DNA of 64,000 nt from an uncultured Chloroflexia bacterium. GTDB lineage: Bacteria > Chloroflexota > Anaerolineae > JAAYZQ01. Below are positions 51,067 to 62,125 of this stretch, in pieces. Every line of letters starts with the position of its first letter. Position 1 is the first letter of the stretch. Made by a program: the position numbers and the translations under genes. The stretch spans positions 32,001 through 96,000 of the forward strand of contig CAVOXA010000007.1 of the NCBI GenBank assembly GCA_963700285.1. The letters are read 5' to 3'. Under the pieces are notes generated by a model. It was not told the origin of the DNA. It saw only the letters and a program-made list of their open reading frames with translations, and ran no database searches.

Positions 51067-51936
51067 AGAGCCGAAAAGCAAAGGCTTTCTCCCGCAGAAA
51101 GATAGAGGAAGGTTTCTTCAAAGTGCTGATGATCGGTTCGGCCGTCGCCGTGATGGGCAGCCTGATCCTCATCCTGGCCACCGTGGTCTGGCGAGGTCTA
51201 CCCGCCCTGAACCTGGCTATGCTGACCCAGACCCCCAAAGGGGGGTACTATCTGGGCAAAGAGGGCGGTATCCTCAACGCCATTGTTGGCTCTATCTACC
51301 TGGCCGGTGGGGCGACGGTCCTGGCCTTGCTCACCGGCTTGCCCATTGCCATTTACTTGCAGGTCTACGCGGCCCACTCCCGTAGTGCCGAGCTAGCCCG
51401 TCTGGCTCTGGATGTCCTGTGGGGGGTACCCAGTATTGTCTATGGAGCTTTTGGCTTCATCATCATGCTTGGGCTGGGAATGCGGGCTTCGCTGCTGGGG
51501 GGCATCATCACCCTCGCCCTATTGGAATTACCCATCATGGTCAGGGGCATGGACGAGGCCATCGCCATGGTTCCACCTGCGCTGAAAGAAGCCTCCTATG
51601 CCCTGGGCGCCAACCGGCTGGAGACGGCGACCAAGGTGGTGATACGGCAGACGGCGCCGGCATTGCTCACGGCGATCTTGCTGGCCTTTGGCCGGGGCAT
51701 CGGTGACGCGGCGGCGGTCATGTTCACGGCCGGCTACACCGACCGCCTGCCCGACTCTCTCTTCGAGCCCGGCTGCCTCGCTGCCGTTGGCCGTCTTTTT
51801 CCAGCTCGGCACTCCCTTTCCAGCCGTACAGGAGCGGGCCTACGCCTCTGCACTGGTACTGACCTGTATCGTCCTGGGACTCAGCCTGATCTCGCGGCGG
51901 CTGGCCGGGCGGCTAACCAAGCATGTGGTCCGGTAG
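51063..51936 (+). CDS. pstA: Phosphate ABC transporter permease, +1 frameshift at 51768-51770
   Basis: [29 protein letters not shown]; removing one C restores [22 protein letters not shown]. Confidence 0.88.
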
Positions 51937-51948
51937 GAGGTGCGAAGC

Positions 51949-52725
51949 GTGTCGGAGCCCCAGATTCGGATTGAAGACCTGAACGCCTGGTACGGAAGCG
52001 AGCAAGCTCTGAAAGACATCACCGTCGGCATTCCGGCCCGGCAGATCACGGCCATTTTTGGTCCCTCGGGTTGTGGCAAGACAACGCTTCTCCGGAGTCT
52101 CAACCGGCTCCTGGAGGAGGCCGACGGGACCCGGGTGACGGGTCAGGTTTGGCTGGATGGCATGGCCATTTATGGCCGTGGCGTTGACCTAACCGAGGTT
52201 CGCACCCGGATTGGCATGCTGGCCCCCAAGCCCTTTCCCCTGCCGATGTCCATCTATGACAACGTGGCCTATGGGCGGCGCATCCGCGGCCTGCAGGGAC
52301 ACTTGGACAAAGGAAACGGCCGCAACCTGGACCGGATCGTGAAACACTACCTGCAGGCGGCTGGATTGTGGGAGGAAGTGAAGGACCGGCTGCGCGCACC
52401 CGCCTCGGGACTGTCCACCGGGCAGCAGCAGCGCCTGTGCCTGGCGCGTGCTTTGGCCGTGGAGCCGGAGGTGCTGCTATGCGACGAGCCAACATCCGCC
52501 CTGGACCCGATCTCGGCGCAACGGATCGAAGAGCAGCTCGTGACCCTCAAGGAGCAGATGACGATTGTCGTGGTCACACACTCGCTGCAGCAAGCGCGCC
52601 GCCTGGCCGACCACGTGATCTTTCTCTGGATGGGGGAGCTGGTGGAATCCGGACCTGGTACGCAGGTATTTCACGCCCCAAGGGATGAGCGCACCCAGGC
52701 TTATCTGGCGGGCGACGTCGGTTGA
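51949..52725 (+). CDS. pstB: Phosphate ABC transporter ATP-binding protein
   Basis: [43 protein letters not shown]. Confidence 0.93.
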   Translation: MSEPQIRIEDLNAWYGSEQALKDITVGIPARQITAIFGPSGCGKTTLLRSLNRLLEEADGTRVTGQVWLDGMAIYGRGVDLTEVRTRIGMLAPKPFPLPMSIYDNVAYGRRIRGLQGHLDKGNGRNLDRIVKHYLQAAGLWEEVKDRLRAPASGLSTGQQQRLCLARALAVEPEVLLCDEPTSALDPISAQRIEEQLVTLKEQMTIVVVTHSLQQARRLADHVIFLWMGELVESGPGTQVFHAPRDERTQAYLAGDVG

Positions 52726-52795
52726 CGCGTGAGGCAAGAATGCCAAACTGTCGGATGCAACAGAGGGTTCTGGTGAGGGTATTAGGAGGTGTGGT

Positions 52796-53854
52796 ATGAG
52801 GCACTTGGTCATGCGGTGTATTAGGGATGGGGATTGGCGCTGCCGGGCGGCCAGAGCCCTGGGCTTGGCATTGCTGGTTGTGACAGTCATCTACGGGCGG
52901 ATCATCATGGCCAACTCGCCCGCAAGGGCGCAATTGAGGGTATATGCCTTCAGCACGCAGGAAGAGTTGATGACGCAGCGTATCTTTCCCGACTTTGAAA
53001 AGCTGTGGAAGGCCGAGACGGGACAGGACCTGACTATCGAGGGTATGTTCGGCCCGTCGGGGACGCTGGCGGGGCAGATCAACCTGGGAGCGCCAGCAGA
53101 CGTGGCCTTGTTCAGCAATGCCCAGGATGTGATGCATCTCAAGATCGGCCGGCGCGTGTGGGTGAACAACCAGCCGGTTGTGTTCGGCCACACGCCCATG
53201 GTGCTCGTCACGCGTGCAGGCAACCCACACGCGATCGCGGGGTTCTCCGATCTGGCCCAGCCCGGCTTGTTTCTGCTCCACGCTGACCCCAGCACCTCTG
53301 GTGCCGGCCAGTGGGCCGTTCTGGCAGAGTATGGCAGTGCCTTGCCAAAGGCAGGAGACCAGGCAGCAGCCGAGGCGCAACTCCAGGCCATCTGGCGCAA
53401 CGTCCGGCTGCTGGGTGAGTCTGCCCGGGCGACGATGACCCTGTTCGAATTGGGGGCCGGCGACGCTTTCGTGACCTACGAGAACGATGCCCTTCTGGCC
53501 AGGGAGCGGGGCGCGGCGCTAGAGGTCGTGGTGCCTCCGCGCACCATCGTCGCCCAGCACGTCGCCGTGGTTGTGGACGACAACGTGACGCCCAGCGAAC
53601 GGCCGGTAGCCCAGGCATTTCTGGACTATCTCCTGAGCGAGGCCGGCCAGTCAGCATTGAGACGCTATCACCTTCGACCGGCGGATCTGGAAGCTCGGGA
53701 GTTTCCGAAAATAACGCAGCCCTTTACAGTGGAGGACCTGGGTGGCTGGCCAAAGGCCTACAACGAGGTGGTGGAGGGCTTGTGGAAGAGAGTGATTGGG
53801 CCACATCTCAATCTGGAGCCGATGCCCAGGGCGTTGGGTACAGGAGAGCTCTGA
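52796..53854 (+). CDS. Sulfate/oxyanion-binding protein (Sbp/CysP-like)
   Basis: FGPSGT, DPSTSGAGQW, GDAFVTYENDA, FTVEDLGGW. Confidence 0.8.
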   Translation: MRHLVMRCIRDGDWRCRAARALGLALLVVTVIYGRIIMANSPARAQLRVYAFSTQEELMTQRIFPDFEKLWKAETGQDLTIEGMFGPSGTLAGQINLGAPADVALFSNAQDVMHLKIGRRVWVNNQPVVFGHTPMVLVTRAGNPHAIAGFSDLAQPGLFLLHADPSTSGAGQWAVLAEYGSALPKAGDQAAAEAQLQAIWRNVRLLGESARATMTLFELGAGDAFVTYENDALLARERGAALEVVVPPRTIVAQHVAVVVDDNVTPSERPVAQAFLDYLLSEAGQSALRRYHLRPADLEAREFPKITQPFTVEDLGGWPKAYNEVVEGLWKRVIGPHLNLEPMPRALGTGEL

Positions 53855-55011
53855 TGCCAGAGATGCACAATCCGAATACGACGGCTTCGGGCCCGCCGCC
53901 AGGAACGCACGCTGTTCCCCTGGTACGAGCCGAGGTAGTCAGGCCAACCACCGTCAGGCGCGCCTGGTGGGCACGGGTTCGCGCAGACAAGATCGGGCTG
54001 TTTCTCTCCAGCCTGTACTTGTTTATGCTGGCCATCACGCTGATGAAAGATGGTTCGCGCGCGGTTACGCCGCTGGTGAACACGCTGCTGGACGTCAACA
54101 GCGCGGCCAACGCCCTTGGTTTCGGCTGGCTGTTTGCCTACGCGATCATGAGCGGCTCGCCGGTCGCCGCTGCGGCCTTGACCTTCTTTGACGCAGGCGT
54201 AGTGGACAAGTTGGGTACCTTTGCCATGATCACAGGCAGCCGGCTGGGAGCAAGCTTTATCGTGCTCTTGATCGGCTTCCTGTACGTGCTGCGCGGCCGG
54301 GACCGAGGCACGAGCTTGAGCATGGGGCTGCTATCCTTGGTGGTCACGGCAACGACCTATCTGCCGAGTCTGCTGCTTGGCGCTGTCTTCCTCCGAATGG
54401 GGACGTTCGACGGGCTTCAACTGCGTTCCGGTGCACTTCTCAACTCGCTGGTTGATCGGTTGGTGCAACCAGTGGCAGGCGTGGTGGTCGCGCTATTGCC
54501 TAGCTGGGGCGTCTTTCTGGTCGGGCTGGGCATTGTCTGGTTCAGCTTTAGTCTGTTTGACAAGTGTCTGCCCCAGATGACACTGAAGGAGAGCCAACTG
54601 GGCTGGATGTCGCGCCTGGTGTACCGGCCGTGGGTGATGTTCCTCCTGGGAGCGCTGATCACAATGATCTCCATGTCGGTCACTCTGTCCCTGGCCATCC
54701 TGGTCCCCCTGAGTGCCCGGGGCTTTGTGCGGCGCGAGAACGTGATCCCCTACATCATGGGAGCCAACATCACCACCTTCATCGATACGCTGTTTGCGGC
54801 CGTTTTGCTCAACAATCCGACCGCCTTTACCATCGTCCTGGTCGGGATGCTCAGTATCGCAGGTGTCTCCATGGTCATACTCGCCTCCGTCTACTTCCGC
54901 TACCAAAGGGGGATGCTGAGCCTTGTAGCCTGGGTGACCGCCCGCAACCGCAATCTAGCCCTGTTCCTGGCTATCATCTTTATCGTGCCCATCGCCCTGA
55001 TGTTGGTCTAG
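53854..55011 (+). CDS. Na+/phosphate cotransporter (PNaS)-like membrane protein
   Basis: Multi-TM; GSRLGASF, PYIMGANITT repeat motifs. Confidence 0.72.
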   Translation: MPEMHNPNTTASGPPPGTHAVPLVRAEVVRPTTVRRAWWARVRADKIGLFLSSLYLFMLAITLMKDGSRAVTPLVNTLLDVNSAANALGFGWLFAYAIMSGSPVAAAALTFFDAGVVDKLGTFAMITGSRLGASFIVLLIGFLYVLRGRDRGTSLSMGLLSLVVTATTYLPSLLLGAVFLRMGTFDGLQLRSGALLNSLVDRLVQPVAGVVVALLPSWGVFLVGLGIVWFSFSLFDKCLPQMTLKESQLGWMSRLVYRPWVMFLLGALITMISMSVTLSLAILVPLSARGFVRRENVIPYIMGANITTFIDTLFAAVLLNNPTAFTIVLVGMLSIAGVSMVILASVYFRYQRGMLSLVAWVTARNRNLALFLAIIFIVPIALMLV

Positions 55012-55023
55012 GAGGACCCGGCC

Positions 55024-55917
55024 ATGCCTATCTTGGTAGCTGTTAATGGTTCGTGGCACACGGAGGCGGCGCTGCGCCTCGCCGCGCAGATTGCGCGGCA
55101 AGGCCATGAGCCGCTGACCATTCTGACTGTGATCAAGCAAGAGGCGGATCGGTCCCAAGCCCCGGTAGACACGATCCTGGCCCGAGCCTGCGAGATCGTA
55201 CGGCCCCAGCCCGAGGAAGTGCAGACCAGGGTCCGGATTGGGCATCCGGCAACAGAGATCGTCCGCGAGGCTGAGGCAGGCAACTATGACCTGGTCATCC
55301 TCGGCCAGGGGCAGACCAGAAATCTGGTGGCGCGTTTTCTCTTTGGTTCGACGGCAGTCCGTGTTGTGGAGCATGCGCCGTGCCCGGTTATCGTGGCCAA
55401 GGGCAAGGTCGGACCCATCCGGCGCATCCTGCTCTGCGACAGTGGCAGCCAGGATCCTTCGGTTGGCCTTACGTCGACTTTGCTTTCTCCGGCCACAATC
55501 GAGGCAGGCGGCGCGGGCCCTTCGGTCCTCTGCCGTTTCGCAGAACTCCTGGTTTGTCTGCTTGTTGGCGTCGAGGAGATCGTTGTTCTGCACGTGATGT
55601 CCCAGATGAGCGCCGGCCCGGGGGTCAAAGGCAAGCAGTTGCGCAGCAGCGTCGATGAACTACTCGAGGAGTGGGCGCCCGAAGGCGGACTACTCGAACG
55701 GGACATCCAGGCATTGGAGCACTTGGGCCTTCGTGCCCGTGCCAAGGTGCGCCACGGTTTGGTCGTGGAGGAAATCCTGGAAGAGGTGCAGGGTGAGGAC
55801 TATGATCTGGTGGTTATCGGTGCCTATCGTGGGGAAGGCTGGCAGCGCATTCTGCTTGATGATTTGGCCCACAGGATCGTGGTCGAGCTGGACCGGCCGG
55901 TGCTTGTGGTGCGATAG
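55024..55917 (+). CDS. Tandem-domain universal stress protein
   Basis: ILVAVNGS, GHPATEI, FGSTAVRVVEHAPCPV, YDLVVIGA. Confidence 0.9.
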   Translation: MPILVAVNGSWHTEAALRLAAQIARQGHEPLTILTVIKQEADRSQAPVDTILARACEIVRPQPEEVQTRVRIGHPATEIVREAEAGNYDLVILGQGQTRNLVARFLFGSTAVRVVEHAPCPVIVAKGKVGPIRRILLCDSGSQDPSVGLTSTLLSPATIEAGGAGPSVLCRFAELLVCLLVGVEEIVVLHVMSQMSAGPGVKGKQLRSSVDELLEEWAPEGGLLERDIQALEHLGLRARAKVRHGLVVEEILEEVQGEDYDLVVIGAYRGEGWQRILLDDLAHRIVVELDRPVLVVR

Positions 55918-55934
55918 AGCGCCGGTCTGGCCAG

Positions 55935-57929
55935 ATGACTGCTGGAGACAGTAGCATGCACAAGGTTCTGGCACGTCTAAGCGGCCGATGGCTGCTGCGT
56001 GTCCTTGTCGCTGGCTTTGCCTTGACAGCAGCCATCACCGTCACCGTTGCGACCTTGGGCACCTACAAGGTCATCAACGATTACCTGTTGGAGGCTCAGG
56101 ATAAGCGCGTCGGCCGGGACATGGACCTGGCCGAGGCCTTCTACCAGCTCAAGTTGGACGAGACGGCTGCCATCAGCATGCGGATGGCGCGAGACGAGCG
56201 TGTGATCCAGCACTTGCTGGCCGCCTCGCAGGGCCAGCCTGAGGCCACTCAGATCATCGATGAGCAGACCATCCACAAAATCACGGTGCCGACTGTCGGT
56301 GGAACCTACCTTCTCGCCGTCCTGGACACCCAAGGCAACATGGTAGCAGGCCGTACTCTGCGCACCAATGGCGATCTGTCACCGGTTTTCACCAAGGGCG
56401 GATGGGGAGACCTGCCGATTGTCCAGGACGTGCTCTCGTCTGGCGTGGGGGAAGCGGCGACCGAACTCATCCCGGCCGAGTTCCTGGCGCAGGTCCAGCT
56501 GGATGGGCAGGCGCGCGTCGACCTGATGGATACGCCCCTAGCCGCACCTGAACCGTTCGATCCCCGTGAGGGCACCGCCGGTCTGGCGCTGACGGCCGTC
56601 CACCCGATCCAAGGCGAGGATGGAACGGTCGCTGGGGCCGTGCTGACAGCGTATCTGTTCAACAACGACTTTACCCTGGTGGATCGCATCCAGGAGGTCG
56701 CCGGCGTGGATACGGTGACCATTTTTTTCGGTGACCTGCGCGTCTCCACCAACGTGCTGAACGAGGCCGGCAAACGGGCCATCGGCACGCGCGTCTCGCA
56801 GGAGGTCTTTGACCAGGTGCTGGTGGACGGCTCAGGATTCACAGGGCCAGCCTTTGTGGTCGACCAGTGGTACATCACTCGCTATGAGCCGCTCTTGGAC
56901 CATCAGGGGCAAGTGGTTGGCAGCCTATATGTGGGCGCCAAGAAGGCTTCCTTCCAAAGATTGGTGGACTCGTTCCGGGATCAGGTTCTTCTCATCGCCG
57001 GGACCACGGTTCTCCTGGCCATGCTTGTTGCCATTCCGCTGGCCTGGTCTATCTCCCGTCCCCTGACGGACCTGGCCATAGCGACCGAAACGGTGACCCA
57101 GGGCGATTGGACAGTGCGGGTACCAGCCAACGGGCGAGGAGAAATGGGCGTGCTGGCCAGGTCGTTCAACACCATGGTCGAGAGGCTGCAGGTCACCCAG
57201 GAACGCCTGGTTCAAAAAGAGAAACTTGCCTCGGTGGGGCAACTGGCCGCCGGCGTGGCCCACGAAATCAACAATCCCCTGGGCACGGTGCTGCTCTACG
57301 CCGACATCCTTCTCAAAGAGACGCCGGCAGACAATGGACAACAGCGCGAGGACTTGAAGATGATCGTCCGGGAAGCTACTCGCTGCAAGGCCATTGTCAA
57401 CGATCTGCTGAATTTCTCCCGGCAGAATGAGGTGTTGGCTCAGGAGACCGATCTCAACGACTTGCTGCGGGAAATGGCCGAGGAAATGCGCCACAAGGAT
57501 CTCTACCAGCAGATCGAAATGGTGGTCGATCTGGAGCCCGATCTGCCGCTCATCCAGGCCGATCCTCTCCAGCTTCGCCAGGTTTTCCTGAACTTGATGA
57601 GCAACGCTGCCGAGGCGATGCCCGCTGGTGGCCGGCTGATCCTGCGCACGCGGAAGGGGTCGGCAGCTGGGTTCGTGACCATCCAGGTGCAGGACACCGG
57701 TGTAGGGATCTCTGAAGGGAACATGAAAAAGCTCTTTACGCCTTTCTTCACGACCAAACCCATCGGCAAAGGGACCGGGCTGGGGCTGGCGATCATCTAT
57801 GGCATTGTCAAGATGCACATGGGGCAGATCAGCGTTCAGAGCCAGGTGGGAGAGGGCACGACGTTCACCGTCATGTTGCGAGAGCGACTGCCAACCCAGA
57901 CTGACAAGGGGTCGGTCATCCTGCAATAG
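55935..57929 (+). CDS. Cache/HAMP NtrB-type sensor histidine kinase
   Basis: VDTVTIFFGDLRVSTNV cache motif; EKLASVGQLAAGVAHEINNPL; PFFTTK..GTGLGL. Confidence 0.92.
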   Translation: MTAGDSSMHKVLARLSGRWLLRVLVAGFALTAAITVTVATLGTYKVINDYLLEAQDKRVGRDMDLAEAFYQLKLDETAAISMRMARDERVIQHLLAASQGQPEATQIIDEQTIHKITVPTVGGTYLLAVLDTQGNMVAGRTLRTNGDLSPVFTKGGWGDLPIVQDVLSSGVGEAATELIPAEFLAQVQLDGQARVDLMDTPLAAPEPFDPREGTAGLALTAVHPIQGEDGTVAGAVLTAYLFNNDFTLVDRIQEVAGVDTVTIFFGDLRVSTNVLNEAGKRAIGTRVSQEVFDQVLVDGSGFTGPAFVVDQWYITRYEPLLDHQGQVVGSLYVGAKKASFQRLVDSFRDQVLLIAGTTVLLAMLVAIPLAWSISRPLTDLAIATETVTQGDWTVRVPANGRGEMGVLARSFNTMVERLQVTQERLVQKEKLASVGQLAAGVAHEINNPLGTVLLYADILLKETPADNGQQREDLKMIVREATRCKAIVNDLLNFSRQNEVLAQETDLNDLLREMAEEMRHKDLYQQIEMVVDLEPDLPLIQADPLQLRQVFLNLMSNAAEAMPAGGRLILRTRKGSAAGFVTIQVQDTGVGISEGNMKKLFTPFFTTKPIGKGTGLGLAIIYGIVKMHMGQISVQSQVGEGTTFTVMLRERLPTQTDKGSVILQ

Positions 57930-58215
57930 TCATCGGGCGCATGGAGGGAGCCAGCGATATGTATGAACCGGGATTGCTGCCTGACCTGTAGGGGAGCATC
58001 ACCTTCGGCAAACGGCAACTGGCCCAGTACCTGAGGGTGAGATGTCCCATTATCCCATGAGATGGCTCAGCCGCGGAGCTCGAGGCCGAAAAACTTGTTG
58101 ATAGCGGGCTTGAGTTCTGCTTCGAAAGCCCTGCCCGAGCCCAAGTTGCAGCCGAGGACTGGGTGTGATACAATGCTGCCGAGAATGAAACGTCTGACCG
58201 CGAGCTCGACAGCCC

Positions 58216-60099
58216 ATGGAAACAGCATCCAACATCACGCCGCAGCCTGCAATGATTGCCAAAGCGACCCGCCTGCACTCCCTACGGCGCCAGATCGACC
58301 GCGTCGAGCTGCGTCTGGACCGCCTCCGCAGCGTCAGCTACCGCTACTCCTGGCTGCGGATCGTCGCCTTCCTCCTGACTCTGTTGGCCACTGGTCTGGC
58401 ATTCTACCTGGCTGGTTGGCAGGCCGCCGCCATCTGCCTCGCCGCCGGGCTGGTCCTCTTTGGCCTGGCGGTCTATGCCCACCGCAGGTTGGAGGCAGCG
58501 ATCCGGCGTCACCGGGCCTGGATCCAGGTCCAGTCGGCACACCTGGCCCGGGCAGACCTCGATTGGGACCAGATGCCGGCCGGATTCCGCCAGCGGCCCA
58601 GGCCCGACCACCCCTTTGAGGCGGACCTGGACATCGTGGGCCGCCGTTCGTTGTTGCGCTTGCTGGACACAGCCGTGTCTGCCGAGGGCAGCCAGCGTCT
58701 GAGGGACTGGCTTGCCGCGCTGGTTCCTGACGGGGAGGCCGTCGCCCGCCGCCAGCCGCTGGTGCGCGAGCTGGCCTCTCGCAGCCTGTTCCGTGACAAG
58801 TTAACGCTGAACGCCATGGCGGCTGCTGGCGGTAGCAAGACCTGGGATGCGGATTCCTTGCTGGACTGGCTGGCCAAGGGCACCGTCCAAGCTGCGCAGG
58901 GCCGCTGGTTGCTTCTTCTGGCCGGGCTGGCGGCTTTGAATGCCCTGCTTTTCGTGGGCAACCGCCTGGGGATGCTGCCGCCCTGGTGGCAGTTCTCGCT
59001 GGTGCTTTACCTGGGCTTGATGCTGGTCCGATCGCGGAACACGGCTGCCGCCTGGGACGAGGCGCTGGCCCTGGGCGATGCCCTGCGCCAGTTGCGCGCC
59101 GTTTTTCAACAGCTCGAGTCTTTCGGCTACCACGGTACGCCGCGCCTGAAGGCGTTGTGCGCTCCTTTTCTCGACCCGGCCCACCGCCCTTCCCGCTACC
59201 TGGCCCGCATCACGCACGTCGTGGCCGCCATGGGCATCCGCGGCAACCCTCTCCTCTGGTTTGCCGTGAATGCCGTGCTGCCCTGGGACGCCTACTTTGC
59301 CTGGCGTTTGACTCGGACCAAGGCCGGCCTGGCCGCGCACGCCCCGGCCTGGATGGAGGTCTGGTTCAAGCTGGAGGCGCTGGGCTCGCTGGCCAATTTC
59401 GCCTATCTGAATCCGGGATACGCCTTCCCCAGGATCCTGGAGAACGATGGCCGGGAGCAGCCCACTGTCTTTCAGGCGCAGGCTTTGGGCCACCCCTTGA
59501 TCCCCAGGATGGAACGGGTATGCAACGACCTTGCCGTGCCCGGCCTGGGCCAGGTGGCCATCGTCACCGGGTCGAACATGGCCGGCAAGAGCGTCTTTCT
59601 CAAGACCGTGGGCCTGAACCTGGCGCTGGCCTACGCCGGCGGGCCGGTGTGCGCCCAACGCCTCGAGGTGGACCTCTTCCGCCTCTTTACCTGCCTGGAG
59701 GTGGCCGACTCGGTGGTCGACGGCATCTCTTATTTCTACGCCGAGGTCCGGCGCTTGAAGGCGCTGTTGGCCGAACTGGACCGCCAGGGCGCCCTGCCCC
59801 TCTTTTTCTGCATCGACGAGATCTTTCGCGGCACCAACAACCGCGAGCGCCTGGCCGGCAGCCGGGCCTACATCCGCGCCCTGGCCGGCAAACGCGGCGT
59901 GGGACTCATCGCCACCCACGACCTGGCCCTCACCGAACTCGCCGCTGAGGTACCGCAGGTGGTCAACTATCACTTCCGCGACCACGTCGCTGATGGCCGC
60001 ATGGCCTTTGACTACACCCTGCGCCCCGGCCCCTGCCCGACGACCAACGCGCTGACGATCATGCGCCTGGAAGGGCTGCCTGTTTCCACCAGCGAGTAA
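58216..60099 (+). CDS. Membrane-anchored MutS-family (domain V) ATPase
   Basis: TM helices; GHPLI, TGSNMAGKS, DEIFRGTN, ATHDL. Confidence 0.88.
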   Translation: METASNITPQPAMIAKATRLHSLRRQIDRVELRLDRLRSVSYRYSWLRIVAFLLTLLATGLAFYLAGWQAAAICLAAGLVLFGLAVYAHRRLEAAIRRHRAWIQVQSAHLARADLDWDQMPAGFRQRPRPDHPFEADLDIVGRRSLLRLLDTAVSAEGSQRLRDWLAALVPDGEAVARRQPLVRELASRSLFRDKLTLNAMAAAGGSKTWDADSLLDWLAKGTVQAAQGRWLLLLAGLAALNALLFVGNRLGMLPPWWQFSLVLYLGLMLVRSRNTAAAWDEALALGDALRQLRAVFQQLESFGYHGTPRLKALCAPFLDPAHRPSRYLARITHVVAAMGIRGNPLLWFAVNAVLPWDAYFAWRLTRTKAGLAAHAPAWMEVWFKLEALGSLANFAYLNPGYAFPRILENDGREQPTVFQAQALGHPLIPRMERVCNDLAVPGLGQVAIVTGSNMAGKSVFLKTVGLNLALAYAGGPVCAQRLEVDLFRLFTCLEVADSVVDGISYFYAEVRRLKALLAELDRQGALPLFFCIDEIFRGTNNRERLAGSRAYIRALAGKRGVGLIATHDLALTELAAEVPQVVNYHFRDHVADGRMAFDYTLRPGPCPTTNALTIMRLEGLPVSTSE

Positions 60100-60392
60100 T
60101 GGGTCTCAATCAGGGCAGGTTTTTGTGATCTGCTTGTTGCGTGCTCAAGCTTTCACCGCCAAGACGCTAGGATCTTGGGCCACTTGATCCTCCTTGGCCT
60201 TCGTTGTGCCTTTGCAGTCGGGTCACGTGCCACGCCTCCCAAAACCTGACGGGAAACCGCTTTTCCTGTATAATGCTCATATAGATCAGACCTCGGGAAT
60301 TTTCAACAAACCGACGGTTTCGTCCCCCTGAGGTCTAGAGCGAGCATCATCACGGACTCCAACCTGCCCCAACCCGGGCGGAAAGGCACCAT

Positions 60393-61160
60393 ATGCACAC
60401 GGTCAAGAACTTTATCACCGACATGGACGGTGTACTCGTCAAGGGCAAGCAGCTCATTCCAGGAGCCGATCGCTTCCTTCATCGCCTGGAGGAGTTGGGC
60501 AAGCCTTACCTGGTCCTGACCAACAACCCCCTCTACACGCCCCGGGATCTGGCCCACCGCCTGCGCAACATCGGCCTGGAGATCCCACCCGAGCGCCTCT
60601 TTACCTCGGCCATGGCCACGGCCAGTTTTCTGCACAGCCAGAGGCCCAGGGGCACGGCCTTTGTCATTGGCGAGAGCGGCCTGACCCAGGCCGTCCACGA
60701 GATCGGCTATGTCATCACTGACACCGAACCCGACTATGTCGTCCTGGGCGAGACCGAGACCTACAACTATGAGGTCATTACCAAGGCGGTGCGCCTCATC
60801 GAGGACGGCGCGCAGTTCATCGCCACCAACCCCGACGTCAGCGGCCCCACCGAGTCCGGCACCGTACCCGGATGCGGGGCCATGGCCGCCCTGATCGAAA
60901 AAGCCAGCGGCAAGGCGCCCTTTTTCGTGGGCAAGCCCAACCCGCTGATGATGCGCTCGGCGCTGAACTACCTGGACGTCCACTCTGAAGACTCGGCCAT
61001 GATCGGTGACCGCATGGAGACCGACATCGTCGCCGGGGTAGAGAGCGGCATGCGCACGATCCTGGTCCTGACCGGCGTGACCCGCCGCGAGGATATTGAG
61101 CGCTACCCCTACCGCCCTACGTGGGTGGTTGAGTCGGTGGCGGAAATAGAGCTATCTTGA
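60393..61160 (+). CDS. nagD: HAD-IIA hydrolase (NagD-like)
   Basis: [28 protein letters not shown]. Confidence 0.88.
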   Translation: MHTVKNFITDMDGVLVKGKQLIPGADRFLHRLEELGKPYLVLTNNPLYTPRDLAHRLRNIGLEIPPERLFTSAMATASFLHSQRPRGTAFVIGESGLTQAVHEIGYVITDTEPDYVVLGETETYNYEVITKAVRLIEDGAQFIATNPDVSGPTESGTVPGCGAMAALIEKASGKAPFFVGKPNPLMMRSALNYLDVHSEDSAMIGDRMETDIVAGVESGMRTILVLTGVTRREDIERYPYRPTWVVESVAEIELS

Positions 61161-61241
61161 ACCGGGGCAGAGAGGACTGTGAGTGGGGTCCCCTATCCGG
61201 CCGCAAGAGCTAGCTACATCGCAGATTCATGAATGGGTGTC

Positions 61242-61270
61242 TTGCTCGCCGGGCCCAAGTGTGCTATAAT
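61242..61270 (+). promoter_or_regulatory. Sigma70 promoter of the TA pair
   Basis: TTGCTC-17bp-TATAAT with extended TG. Confidence 0.55.
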
Positions 61271-61321
61271 CCCCATGTTCGAGGTTTCCGCGTTCCAGTA
61301 TTCAGGAAAGCAGGTGATCCT

Positions 61322-61576
61322 ATGGATGAGGCTTTGACCATACACCTCCCAGGCCAAATTAGGCAGATGCTCAATCGCACGCCGGAGGAGTTGGCCCGCG
61401 ACTTGCGATTGTACTCGGCGCTGATGCTGTTTCGCGTCGGCAAGCTTTCGTCTGGAGCGGCTGCAGAAATGGCCGGTTTGCCACGCGTCATGTTCCTTGA
61501 CCTGTGTGCCGAGTATGATATCCCGGTGTCTCAGATCACCGGCGACGATCTGCGCCGGGAGTTGGACGGTGCCTGA
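61322..61576 (+). CDS. UPF0175 family putative antitoxin
   Basis: ALMLFRVGKLSSGAAAEMAGLPRVMF; overlaps the PIN gene. Confidence 0.88.
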   Translation: MDEALTIHLPGQIRQMLNRTPEELARDLRLYSALMLFRVGKLSSGAAAEMAGLPRVMFLDLCAEYDIPVSQITGDDLRRELDGA

Positions 61577-62066
61577 AAGGTCTATCATATGTGACACCAC
61601 AGTGCTTTTGTACTTGGGCCGCATCGGGCAAAGTGGGTTGCTCCCCGCGCTGTTTTCCACGATTTGTGTTCCAGAAGCTGTCTTGCTAGAATTGGACATG
61701 GGCAGAGTGCTGCGGCCCGATACGTTTGACCCGCGCAGCCTGAGCTGGGTCACACCGGTTTCGGTATCTCGAGCTATGGTCGATGATCTGCCAAGCAACC
61801 GTCTGGGGACGGGTGAACGTGCTGTCATTGCCTACGCACAAGCTCGAGGCGGGTTCCCGGCAGGGCTAGACGATCTTCGGGCTCGCCAATTGGCTGAGAG
61901 CGTGGGAGTGAAGGTAATTGGTACGTTGGGCATCCTGTTGCGCGCCAAGCAGACTGGTCTGATTGGGACTGTGGTACCCCTTGTAGAAGATGTCGTTAAC
62001 CAGGGCTTCCGTATTGGTCCTGATCTGTATCAAGCAGTACTAGCGCTGGCGGGCGAAGGCCCCTAG
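61569..62066 (+). CDS. DUF3368 family PIN-domain putative toxin
   Basis: ICDTTVL, VPEAVLLEL, LGTGERAVI, DDLRARQLA, IGTLGILLRAK. Confidence 0.88.
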   Translation: MPERSIICDTTVLLYLGRIGQSGLLPALFSTICVPEAVLLELDMGRVLRPDTFDPRSLSWVTPVSVSRAMVDDLPSNRLGTGERAVIAYAQARGGFPAGLDDLRARQLAESVGVKVIGTLGILLRAKQTGLIGTVVPLVEDVVNQGFRIGPDLYQAVLALAGEGP

Positions 62067-62125
62067 TCGTTCTGCCCGAACCATCGAAGAACGCGGAGAG
62101 TCTGGGGAAGGCGGGAGACGGCTGA

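Noticed and set aside
1045-59985. Long antisense or alternate-frame ORFs (e.g. 1045..2568, 37278..39107, 42287..43996, 49570..51081, 58801..59985)
   Set aside because: Shadow ORFs of GC-rich genes with no recognisable motifs.
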